From assembly GCA_002269645.1 (NCBI GenBank), contig NIVC01000704.1, positions 79,692 through 143,691 on the forward strand: a stretch of 64,000 bases of DNA, read 5' to 3'. Numbering within the stretch: position 1 is the first letter of the stretch; every line of letters starts with the position of its first letter. Under the pieces are notes generated by a model. It made no database searches and was not told the origin of the DNA. It worked only from the letters and a program-made list of their open reading frames with translations. Positions 34,720-44,192 of the stretch are shown one piece after another. A program made the position numbers and the translations under genes. The stretch is from Macrostomum lignano. Its lineage: Eukaryota.

Positions 34720-35712
34720 ATCATACAGATGCAAGCATCAGCAGGGAGGTATCAGCACCAGCATGGAGATGTCAGCATCAGCATGGAGATGTCAGCATCA
34801 GCAGGGAGATGTCAGCATCAGCATGGAGATGTCAGCATCAGCATGGAGATGTCAGCAGCAGCAGGGAGATGTCAGCATCAGCATGGAGATGTCAGCATCA
34901 GCATGGAGATGTCAGCATCAGCATGGAGATGTCAGCAGCAGCAGGGAGATGTCAGCACCAGCATGGAGATGTCAGCATCAGCATGGAGATGTCAGCATCA
35001 GCAGGGAGATGTCAGCATCAGCATGGAGATGTCAGCATCAGCATGGAGATGTCAGCAGCAGCAGGGAGATGTCAGCAGCAGCAGGGAGATGTCAGCACCA
35101 GCAGGGAGATGTCAGCATCAGCAGGGAGATGTCAGCATCAGCATGGAGATGTCAGCATCAGCATGGAGATGTCAGCATCAGCAGGGAGATGTCAGAATCA
35201 GCATGGAGATGTCAGCATCAGCATGGAGATGTCAGCAGCAGCAGGGAGATGTCAGCATCAGCATGGAGATGTCAGCAGCAGCAGGGAGATGTCAGCAGCA
35301 GCAGGGAGATGTCAGCAGCAGCAGGGAGATGTCAGCAGCAGCAGGGAGATGTCAGCAGCAGCAGGGAGATGTCAGCAGCAGCAGGGAGATGTCAGCAGCA
35401 GCAGGGAGATGTCAGCAGCAGCAGGGAGATGTCAGCATCAGCAGGGAGATGTCAGCATCAGCAGGGAGATGTCAGCAGCAGCAGGGAGATGTCAGCATCA
35501 GCAGGGAGATGTCAGCATCAGCAGGGAGATGTCAGCAGCAGCAGGGAGATGTCAGCAGCAGCAGGGAGATGTCAGCAGCAGCAGGGAGATGTCAGCAGCA
35601 GCAGGGAGATGTCAGCAGCAGCAGGGAGATGTCAGCATCAGCAGGGAGATGTCAGCAGCAGCAGGGAGATGTCAGCAGCAGCAGGGAGATGTCAGCAGCA
35701 GCAGGGAGATGT
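34720..35712. repeat. Minisatellite, 20-bp unit GCA(G/T)GGAGATGTCAGCA(G/T)CA
   Basis: About 50 copies, degenerate at the 5' edge. Open in three frames because the unit lacks stops. Confidence 0.95.
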
Positions 35713-36067
35713 AATATGGCGGAGGCCTTCTGATTTTATAGTCCATAGTGAACTATTTGTTTGACTTAACATAGAGTTTTATTCTGCGTTCGTGTTAGGA
35801 GCGGTGCGAGTTCTGTGTTAGCTGTTTGGAGTTCTCCTGCGCTGGGGTGGTTATGTACGCTTTTTTACCTTGAGTCTAGTTATCGATTTGCATGTACACT
35901 CAGCCTCTGTTATTATAATTAATTAAAAACTTTCAAGTCGAGAGAAAAGCCCTTTTTTCAACATTGCATAAGGTAAAATTGTATTTACTTGAGATTTTAA
36001 AAAACGCATTGGCCGTTTCTATTGGACATTATTGCATAGCTGTTGCAGCTGTACCCATGGGTGCTGT

Positions 36068-36733
36068 TCACACCGAGCTGTCCGCCTGCGTCTCAAGGCT
36101 CTCGGCCTCGGCCACCTCCTCCAGCGGCCGCCGCTCGTCGGGCCCGCTCGCTGCAGAGGTGCCGGCCGCTCCAACACCGGCGGCCTCGCGCCGCTGCCGC
36201 CGCCGCATCAGGCGGCCTGGCGGGCTGGCGAACCAGCAGGACCGGAGCCGCGCCCGGATCAGCGGGACCGGGCAGCGCACGAAGCGGATGGCCAGCTGAA
36301 CAGTCAGGCCCAGCAGCACAATGCCGGCGATGGCCACAACCAGCGGTCCGGTGAAGCTGACGGCCGCCGGGTACAGCTGGCACAGCTGGCTGCCTGCGCC
36401 CGTTGCGGCCGCGGCTGAGCAGCTGCCGATGCCGTTGCACAGGTCGGCGCAGGTCGAGTAACTTCCACCGCCGCTGCCGCAGGCGCAGAGGCAGTGGAAG
36501 CGGCCGGGCACGCCGCTGTTGCTGACCGAGGCGCAGTCGGCCCGCCAGCCAGTCGAGTTGCCACCGCCGCCAAGACAGCGAAATCCGGCCGGGTCTGGCG
36601 CGGTGTCCAGCGCGCTCGCCAGCGACGGCGCCACGTCGGCGCGAAAACAGGCGCAGGTCAGGGCGGACTGCCCGGCGCTGGCCAGGCCGTCTGAGCAGTT
36701 CCAGAGCAGCTGTCGGATAGTTGGCCACGGCAT
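36068..36733 (-). CDS. Uncharacterised Cys-rich single-pass membrane protein, 221 aa (an upstream exon may be missing)
   Basis: GC3-rich ORF like the neighbouring genes. Cys-rich N-terminal region, a hydrophobic segment PLVVAIAGIVLLGLTVQLAIRFV, then a basic tail. TGTCAG lies directly before the ATG. Confidence 0.6.
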   Translation of the reverse strand: MPWPTIRQLLWNCSDGLASAGQSALTCACFRADVAPSLASALDTAPDPAGFRCLGGGGNSTGWRADCASVSNSGVPGRFHCLCACGSGGGSYSTCADLCNGIGSCSAAAATGAGSQLCQLYPAAVSFTGPLVVAIAGIVLLGLTVQLAIRFVRCPVPLIRARLRSCWFASPPGRLMRRRQRREAAGVGAAGTSAASGPDERRPLEEVAEAESLETQADSSV

Positions 36734-37107
36734 CTGACAAGCAGCTCCGCCAAGTCAGCCTGCAGCCCCCCCCCCCAAGAGCATTTTTCTACATGCTCTC
36801 GTGAGCTCCCTGTCTGACTCAGCACCCAGCACGGGGTGGGGACAAGCGGCGGGCAGAAGAGCGGCAGAACTGGCTTTGTACGCCAGAGAGAGAGAGGAGG
36901 AGAACGGGAAGAGACGACTTGGAAAGCGGGGCAGGGCAGTAAAACTCCAGCTGCGCACTGGGTGCTCAAGCAGTGAGCGCGGACTACCGCATGTACTCTG
37001 CTAGTTTGAGTGTACTGTACTTTTCTGTACATTCGCACCTGGGCGCGCGCTTTTTGAGCATTGTTGGATGAGCATTAGAAATAGTTTGCAGTAGAGTCTT
37101 ATGGTTA

Positions 37108-39056
37108 CTAGCTCATCATGTGCACCACTCTCGGGCCGAACTCCTCGTACTGCCGGCGGCTGACCCAGCGCTCCTGGAAGGTGGACAGCGAGGCCAGGAT
37201 GGAGCCGCCAATCCAGGTTGCGAAATCCCGCTCGGCCAGCGCCACCAGCTTCACCGGGTGGCGGCCAGGCGGCGCCAGCTCCGTCAGCTCCGCCGTCAGC
37301 CGCTCCACGAAGCCGTCAGCCATGGTGGAGCCACCGGACACAACCACGTTGCGCCACAGGTCCGCCCTGGTGTCGATGTCCGCGGAGCTGAGGGCCTCGG
37401 CCACCAGGCGCTGCAGGCGAGCCGGGTTGCTCCGGCCGAGCAGCAGCTCCCACGGCTCGGCGCGGTCCCGATGGCTCAGCCCGACCAGACCGCGGCCGTC
37501 GGGCAGCTCAAACTCGTCCACCGCGTCATCGCCTTCGTCTGGTGAGTCGAAATCCGCGGCGCGGCGGCTCACCCGGAAGAGCCGCTCTTTGAGGTCCGCG
37601 GCCAGCTGGCGCTCCAGCGGCGTCTCAAGGCAGCAGCCGCGCCGGCGCAGGACGTCCCGGACAGCGTCGGTGACGTCACCACCGGCGCAGTCCACCCGCC
37701 TGGTGCTGCAGGCCACTACATAGCCCTCGTATATCACCTGCAAGGACGGGGGTCAGCCAGAGGCTACAGGGGTCAGCCAGAGGCTATGGGGGGTCAGCCA
37801 GAGGCTATGGGGGCTCAGCCAGAGGCTATGGGGGTCAGCCAGAGGCTACGGGGGGTCAGCCAGAGGCTATGGGGGGTCAGCCAGAGGCTACGGGGGGTCA
37901 GCCAGAGGCTACGGGGGTCAGCCAGAGGCTATGGGGGGTCAGCCAGAGGCTACGGGGGTCAGCCAGAGGCTACGGGGGGGTCAGCCAGAGGCTACAGGGG
38001 TCAGCCAGAGGCTACGGGGGGGTCAGCCAGAGGCTACAGGGGTCAGCCAGAGGCTACGGGGGTCAGCCAGAGGCTATGGGGGGTCAGCCAGAGGCTACGG
38101 GGGGTCAGCCAGAGGCTACGGGGGTCAGCCAGAGGCTATGGGGGGTCAGCCAGAGGCTACGGGGGTCAGCCAGAGGCTATGGGGGGTCAGCCAGAGGCTA
38201 CGAGGGGTCAGCCAGAGGCTACGAGGGGTCAGCCAGAGGCTACGGGGGGTCAGCCAGAGACTACGGGGGGTCAGCCAGAGGCTATGGGGGGTCAGCCAGA
38301 GGCTACGGGGGTCAGCCAGAGGCTACGGGGGGTCAGCCAGAGGCTATGGGGGGTCAGCCAGAGGCTACGGGGGGGTCAGCCAGAGGCAACGAGGGGTCAG
38401 CCAGAGGCTACGAGGGGTCAGCCAGAGGCTACGGGGGGTCAGCCAGAGACTACGGGGGGTCAGCCAGAGACTACGGGGGGTCAGCCAGAGGGTTGGGGGG
38501 TCAGCCAGAGGCTTTGCCAGCTAAACTGCAACAGCGCGCTGCCGCCGCCCCTCTCTACCTCCGCGTGGCTGACTCCGTCGCCGCAGCTCAGCATGACCGC
38601 GCTGCCGCGGCCGCTGGCGTACATGGCCAGCGATGAGGCGTTGGCCAGGTAGACGGCCGGGGCGCCCAGGCTCTCGAACAGCAGCTGCACCGCGGCCTCG
38701 CGGCTGCACTTCGGATTGAGCGGCGGCTCGGCCAGCAGCAGGGGGTGCTGCTCCGGATCGGCCCGCAGGCCGGCCTCGATGGCGTGCCGCCACAGCAGCT
38801 CGGCGTCGTCGAAGTCAACCAGAACGCCGCGCTGCACCGGCTGGGTGAGGCCGAGCTGCGGCACCGGCCCGGTGCTCAGGGCGTCGTCGCCTACGAGGAC
38901 CTCCGGCCGCTGATGCGGCGAGCCGCGCCGGCCAATCACTGCCGGCATCGTCAGGCACGGAGAGTCGTCGCCAGCGAAGCCGGCGCGCAGCCTGCTTGAG
39001 CCGCTGTCCAGCACGATGCTGGGAACTTCGTCTTCCTCCACGGCTCCGCCCGCCAT
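37108..39056 (-). CDS. Divergent actin-like / actin-related protein, 375 aa, 2 exons
   Basis: Exons 39056-38559 (GAG|GTAGAG) and 37737-37108 (TTGCAG|GTG). Actin-fold motifs: IVLDSGS..LRAGFAGDDSP, EQHPLLLAEPPLNPK.SRE, LFESLGAPAVY, GDGVSH..IYEGY, D.AG.DVTD, DLKE, FELPDG, NVVVSGGSTM.GF.ERL..EL, and TWIGGSILASLSTFQERWVSRRQYEEFGP.VVH. Confidence 0.9.
37748..38515. repeat. Intronic minisatellite, 20-23-bp unit GGGGTCAGCCAGAGGCTAC(G)
   Basis: About 35 copies filling the actin-like intron (37738-38558). Confidence 0.95.
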
Positions 39057-39408
39057 TCTCTCTGCTGTATAGAAAGCTTTCCGAGAAATAGCAGGCGGGC
39101 AGTAGAGTGCTCTGATTTTGTATGACTTGCGCGTGGAATACAGCCCGTACGAGGGGTAGAGGTTTAGGGCTGGGGGTGGAGGGCAAGTGCGGTTTTTGTT
39201 TAGAAAGTACGCTGCAGGAAATGTACACTTCTGCTGGCTTATCTGTACAGATACTCGTGCTGCTGAAACCAGCGCAGCTTTGCACTGAAATAAAAAACAT
39301 GCTAGACGAGTAGTTGATTTGCTAGCCATGCCTCATTCAGTCGGAAAATGAAATTCGTTACTGATCATTGCTGCAACCCTGCTGGGGCCCAAGCGGCAGG
39401 GACGTCAG

Positions 39409-40001
39409 GGGGGTTTCTTATGAAAGTATGAAAATAATTAAATAAATTACACCAGACACTTTATGCCGCTGAGCTATGCTTTTATGCTCAACCCATCTCT
39501 CAATCGAATTCATTACGCAATCACGCATTTCATAGTAAGCCTGTTTTCATATTTAAAGCAAACATCTTGTATCACCGAGCTCAGCGTTGCATGATCTTTC
39601 CAGCAATATAAGTCTCTCGTCTCGAAGTTTAAAACTCGAGGAACAGTCAGCGTTTGAAAATTCCCGCTTTAAAGCATTGAAGTATCGAGTGTACATTCAC
39701 TGCCCGCTGCATGCTATAGGCTCGCAAGTACAATGCAAAATATTAGCGTTAGTCATGAATTATTTACCTGGTGAAGTAGAATAACTTTTTATTTGAAAGA
39801 TTCTTCATTTTAGCATAAAGCATAATTCATTCATATTTTCGTAAGAAGGAAGCAAAACTATAACTATCACAAAGAAATAGTTTGTCGGCATATTCTTATT
39901 CCTAAATCATATTTAATCTATACTTTCATACGAATGAAAAAGTGGAATAAAGCATTGATCATAAGAGCAAAGCAAAGAAAATACTTTCATAAGAAACCCC
40001 C
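39409..40001. mobile_element. MITE-like element (~590 bp) with perfect 21-bp TIRs
   Basis: GGGGGTTTCTTATGAAAGTAT (39409-39429) is the exact reverse complement of ATACTTTCATAAGAAACCCCC (39981-40001). The interior is AT-rich and non-coding. No clear TSD. Confidence 0.7.
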
Positions 40002-41564
40002 TACAGGACAGGACGGTCTCCATGGGCTGCTTTGCTGGGCGTCGCCAGGGGAATCCATAGTTAGCAATTCTGCCTCCCCGGTGTCAAGAATTCGGAGCAC
40101 TTGCGGAGCCGTGAATCTACCTTGGCCCAAAACCCAAGTCAAGGGGGTGGGTCGCGCTCCGAAAATTCGCTCTATAGAATTCAGCAAAATTTTACCCGTA
40201 TATTACTATCAGTAGCCTTAAGGCTAGAAAAGTCCTAGCTTTTAATTTATCAGATAAATTACGAAAAGGTCTCATGGAATCAAGTACACTGCTTTAGAAA
40301 AACTGGCCACCCTTACATTTAAATGCGTGAGTGTAAATTACCTGACATGACAGGGGAAGACGCGATACTTGATTTCTTAGAGATAAGTTGAAAGGCCAGT
40401 GCATTCAGCCAAGGTCTACTTAAGTAGAAGGGACAGGAAACTATGTCTCTTGGGAAGTTTCGCTACATTATCATCGTAATGTAGGTGAAACCTGCTTCCG
40501 CAGCGCAGAGTGGGGTTCCACAATAGACAAATCCGGTTGAGAAAAATCAGATTTCTCAAGAGCAGACTGAATGCACTGGAGATGCGACAAATGTACTCAT
40601 TTTTAAAAAAGCGAGTGGAAGGTCTTTCTGTATTAGTTGAGCTTGAGCGCCATTAATTTTAAGTCGAGCCAAATCAATTAACACTCTTCAGAGCATTCAA
40701 ATGAGTTATTGAAAAGTTCCCAGAGATCTGCAGTTGACCTCGGGGGCGGCTCACCGCGGCAATTCGCCCCTGTTACCTGATTCAGCAAATTGAGTTGCAC
40801 AGCCGGGACATGTCGGAGCAGTTTGGAGCAGTTAATCAGCCTGGGCTGCCGGCTCTTCCTGCTGAATCAGGAGATTAGAGGATTAAAGCTGACCAGCTAA
40901 CAGGCGGCTTATTGACCAAATATGGGCAAAGCGGTGAAAAGCTAATGGATTCGAGCTGGCAGGTCTGGGGGGATTCCTGAGCCTCTCCTGTCAAACGGCA
41001 GCTCAACTGGGATGCTCGTCAAGCCCGATGCTGAAGGCCGCACGCTGTGCAAATTCAGCGTGACTGTAAGACAGAAATGGCAATGAAAAATTTATATTTA
41101 TGAAACCGAGTAGCGAAATGAAAAATGATTGAAACTGTTTGGGGAGGCCAGCTGAGCTCTTGTTTAGCCCCCGGCATAATCCTGTCGGCTGATGAGGCCG
41201 TCCGGGGTTTCTTGAGATTTTTTTCGATAAGGAAAGAATTTTTTCCCAGAGACAGGGGCTGAGCTCAAGCAAGGGAAGCAGATCCCGGCTGCCGCACTTC
41301 TGCCCCCCCCCCAATCTGCTTCCCTTTATCCGTAAGGAAGAGAAGGCGAGTCAGCGGCTATAGGGAGACGGAGGGGGGCATCCGCTTGAATCCGCCCCGG
41401 ACACGCCACTGGGGATCAGGGATCTGCACCGCGAGACTTAATTGGTTCTGCAGAGTGCGAGCTAATTATCTTCCCGCCGCGTATCCGCACAAATTCGCTT
41501 GGCCTGAGCTGCTTCCGAATCGCCCTAGCAACTCGGCAACTCGACCCCCGCCCGCCAGCCAAGC

Positions 41565-42788
41565 ATGTCTCTCGCAAGCTTTGAGCTGCCCATCTACAAC
41601 CAGCTGGCCGTCTATCGCGCCTTCAAGTGGCTGCAGTGGCTCGGCAGCCCCGCCCTGCTGCTGCTGGGCAGCGTCGGCAACTGCCTGTCAGCCTGGCTGC
41701 TGCGCAGTCGCAGCCGCCGCAGCGGCACCCACAATTACCTGCTGGCCCTCGCCGCCGCCGACCAGCTGGCGCTGCTGTCCGGACTGCTGCGCTCCTGGCT
41801 GTCCTCCCTCATCGGCTTGGACTGCGCCACGGTGAGCACCGGCTCCTGCCTCTGCCTGCACTTCCTCTCCTCCGCCTCCACGCACACCAGCGTAGCGCTG
41901 ACTGCCGCCGTCACCATCGAGCGGGTCTCCGTGCTGCGCCACCGGCGGCCGTCCGTCCGCACCGCCGTCAGCCGCGCCCGCCGCATCGTGGCCGGGCTGA
42001 CTGGCGCCTGCGCGCTGATCAACGCGCCCTGGTTCTTCCTGCTCGACGTCTACAGGTTTGACTGGAACGCCACCGCTTCGGCCTCGGGCCCCAGCAACGA
42101 CAGCTACTTGATCTGCGACATCCGGCCGGAGCTGCTGCGGGCGCTGAAGCTGCCACTGGCCTGGCTTGACTGCTCCCTGTACTCCCTGATCCCCACCGCC
42201 GTCATCCTCTGCTGCAACGTCTTCATCGTTAGGAAGCTGCGCGCCGCGCGTCGCGGCAACTCCGCGGCCCGCGTTCGGCGTGGCTTTGACGGTGGTGGCG
42301 GCGGTGACCCAAACAGTCAGGAGCTGCGGACCCTCCGTCTGGCCAGCGACGCCTCCTCGAGCTTCGCCGTCCGGTGCCGACTGGCCGCGGCGACGCCCGG
42401 CTCAGCGGCGATGACCGTGGCGGCGCCCAATTCGGCAGACGCGCTGCTGCTGCAGGCGCTGAACCGCAGCGTCGGGCAGGTGACGCTGGTGCTTCTGCTC
42501 GTGTCCTGCTTCTTCGTCGTCACCTCGCTGCCAATCACCGTGCTGAAGGTGCTGACCTCCCTGACATTCATTGTCAGCGCGGACAGGAACAACGACCCGC
42601 ACTTCTACGCCAACTACCACCTGGCGCAGGCGTGCACGGAGCTGCTGATGTACGCCAACCACTCGGCCAACTTCTTCCTCTACTGCCTGGCCGACGGCCG
42701 CTTCCGGCGTAGCCTGCGGCGCCGCCTGTCCCGGCTTCGTGCGCGGACTGTCGGGCTGGTGCGCCGGAGACCGCGGCCGCAGCACTAG
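41565..42788 (+). CDS. Intronless class-A (rhodopsin-like) GPCR, neuropeptide-receptor-like (FMRFamide/sex-peptide-receptor-type grouping), 407 aa
   Basis: Seven hydrophobic segments: TM1 GSVGN, TM2 YLLALAAADQL, TM3 Cys...TIERV (DRY variant), TM4 APWF, TM5 SLIP..VILCCN, TM6 FFVVTSLP and TM7 YANHSANFFLYC. Confidence 0.9.
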   Translation: MSLASFELPIYNQLAVYRAFKWLQWLGSPALLLLGSVGNCLSAWLLRSRSRRSGTHNYLLALAAADQLALLSGLLRSWLSSLIGLDCATVSTGSCLCLHFLSSASTHTSVALTAAVTIERVSVLRHRRPSVRTAVSRARRIVAGLTGACALINAPWFFLLDVYRFDWNATASASGPSNDSYLICDIRPELLRALKLPLAWLDCSLYSLIPTAVILCCNVFIVRKLRAARRGNSAARVRRGFDGGGGGDPNSQELRTLRLASDASSSFAVRCRLAAATPGSAAMTVAAPNSADALLLQALNRSVGQVTLVLLLVSCFFVVTSLPITVLKVLTSLTFIVSADRNNDPHFYANYHLAQACTELLMYANHSANFFLYCLADGRFRRSLRRRLSRLRARTVGLVRRRPRPQH

Positions 42789-43400
42789 CTGAGTCTCCGT
42801 GTGCAGACGGAGTCGGACTCAGCTGACTAATGAAAGTTTCAAATCTTCAGTTCTAATCGATAATCTGGACGCCGACAAACGGAACCGTTACTTTGGTTTA
42901 TATGCTGTTTATGGACGCGCAGTAAATCTGCTCTTGATACCCACGCTGAGTTTGGAAAAGTTTCCGAGTATTTCTCTAAAAGCTGTTCCTTATAATTATT
43001 TGCATGCAGCCCCGCCTGTTCAAAGGGCTGGCATTCTCGACTTCTATTCAAACATATTTATGAATTTGAGCCATTCTATACTTTTTCCTCCGCGCTCCTT
43101 GCTGGCCGTTTCCTTAGGAATCGTTTCCTTATTGAGAATCCTGCGAAATTAATCATTAAGCAGCTTTTGCCCTTGGCAACCGGCAAGAAAAAGCAAGATT
43201 TAAATCAATAAAAGCGAAAAATATTTAATTGATTCAGTGACTGCAGCCTGAACTCGGCGATTATCAAGAAACTACCAGACGTGCCCTGTTTAAATAATTT
43301 CCGGCTCAGATGACTATTTATTCCTGCATAAGAAACACTGCGGGCTGGTTTCAGAATCTCCATCTTGGGAATCGGAAAAAATCATGTACTGAGCCCTGAT

Positions 43401-43704
<304 letters not shown>

Positions 43705-44192
43705 GTGTCGCTGCCCCCCTCCCAGCTCCTCTCATGTCGTTTTATTTGCTGCTGTTTACTTTGCAGCCAAGGCCGGCCGCCTCCGCAGCTGAGCAATTGA
43801 GAAGCTGCTCAACCTGGCAGTCCCGGCTCTGTGAATCGCACCTGGCCCAGTGTGGTAAACAGACTCTGGGCTGTCAGGCCCCACCCTGAGCTGTTTTTTA
43901 ACCCAGTTTTTTTAATTTTTGCGCCAACAGGCCGCAGTGTTTACGATGGTCATTGTTTACTAGCTGCCTAATAGGCTCAATAGTGTTTTTCTTCTCTCTC
44001 TGTCTCTGTCTTTCTATTTTGCTAATTAATTTTAAGCGCGGTGTTTATGACAGGTCTGACCGCATCTCTAAGGGCCAGAGTATAAATACAAGAGACTGTC
44101 CGCTTAGAAAAAGCTCCCCAGTGTGGGCTTGAGGCAAATCAAGTGAGGCAGATTTGCAGCAGCAGAAACTGAAGCAGTTTTCTAGAAACAGA

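Noticed and set aside
34585-35764. Three overlapping 340-380-aa Gln/Ser-rich ORFs
   Set aside because: A stop-free 20-bp repeat is open in all plus frames, and there is no unique coding flank.
37786-38652. GGSARGY / GQPEAT repeat proteins resembling glycine-rich structural proteins
   Set aside because: They are antisense translations of the intronic array of the actin-like gene.
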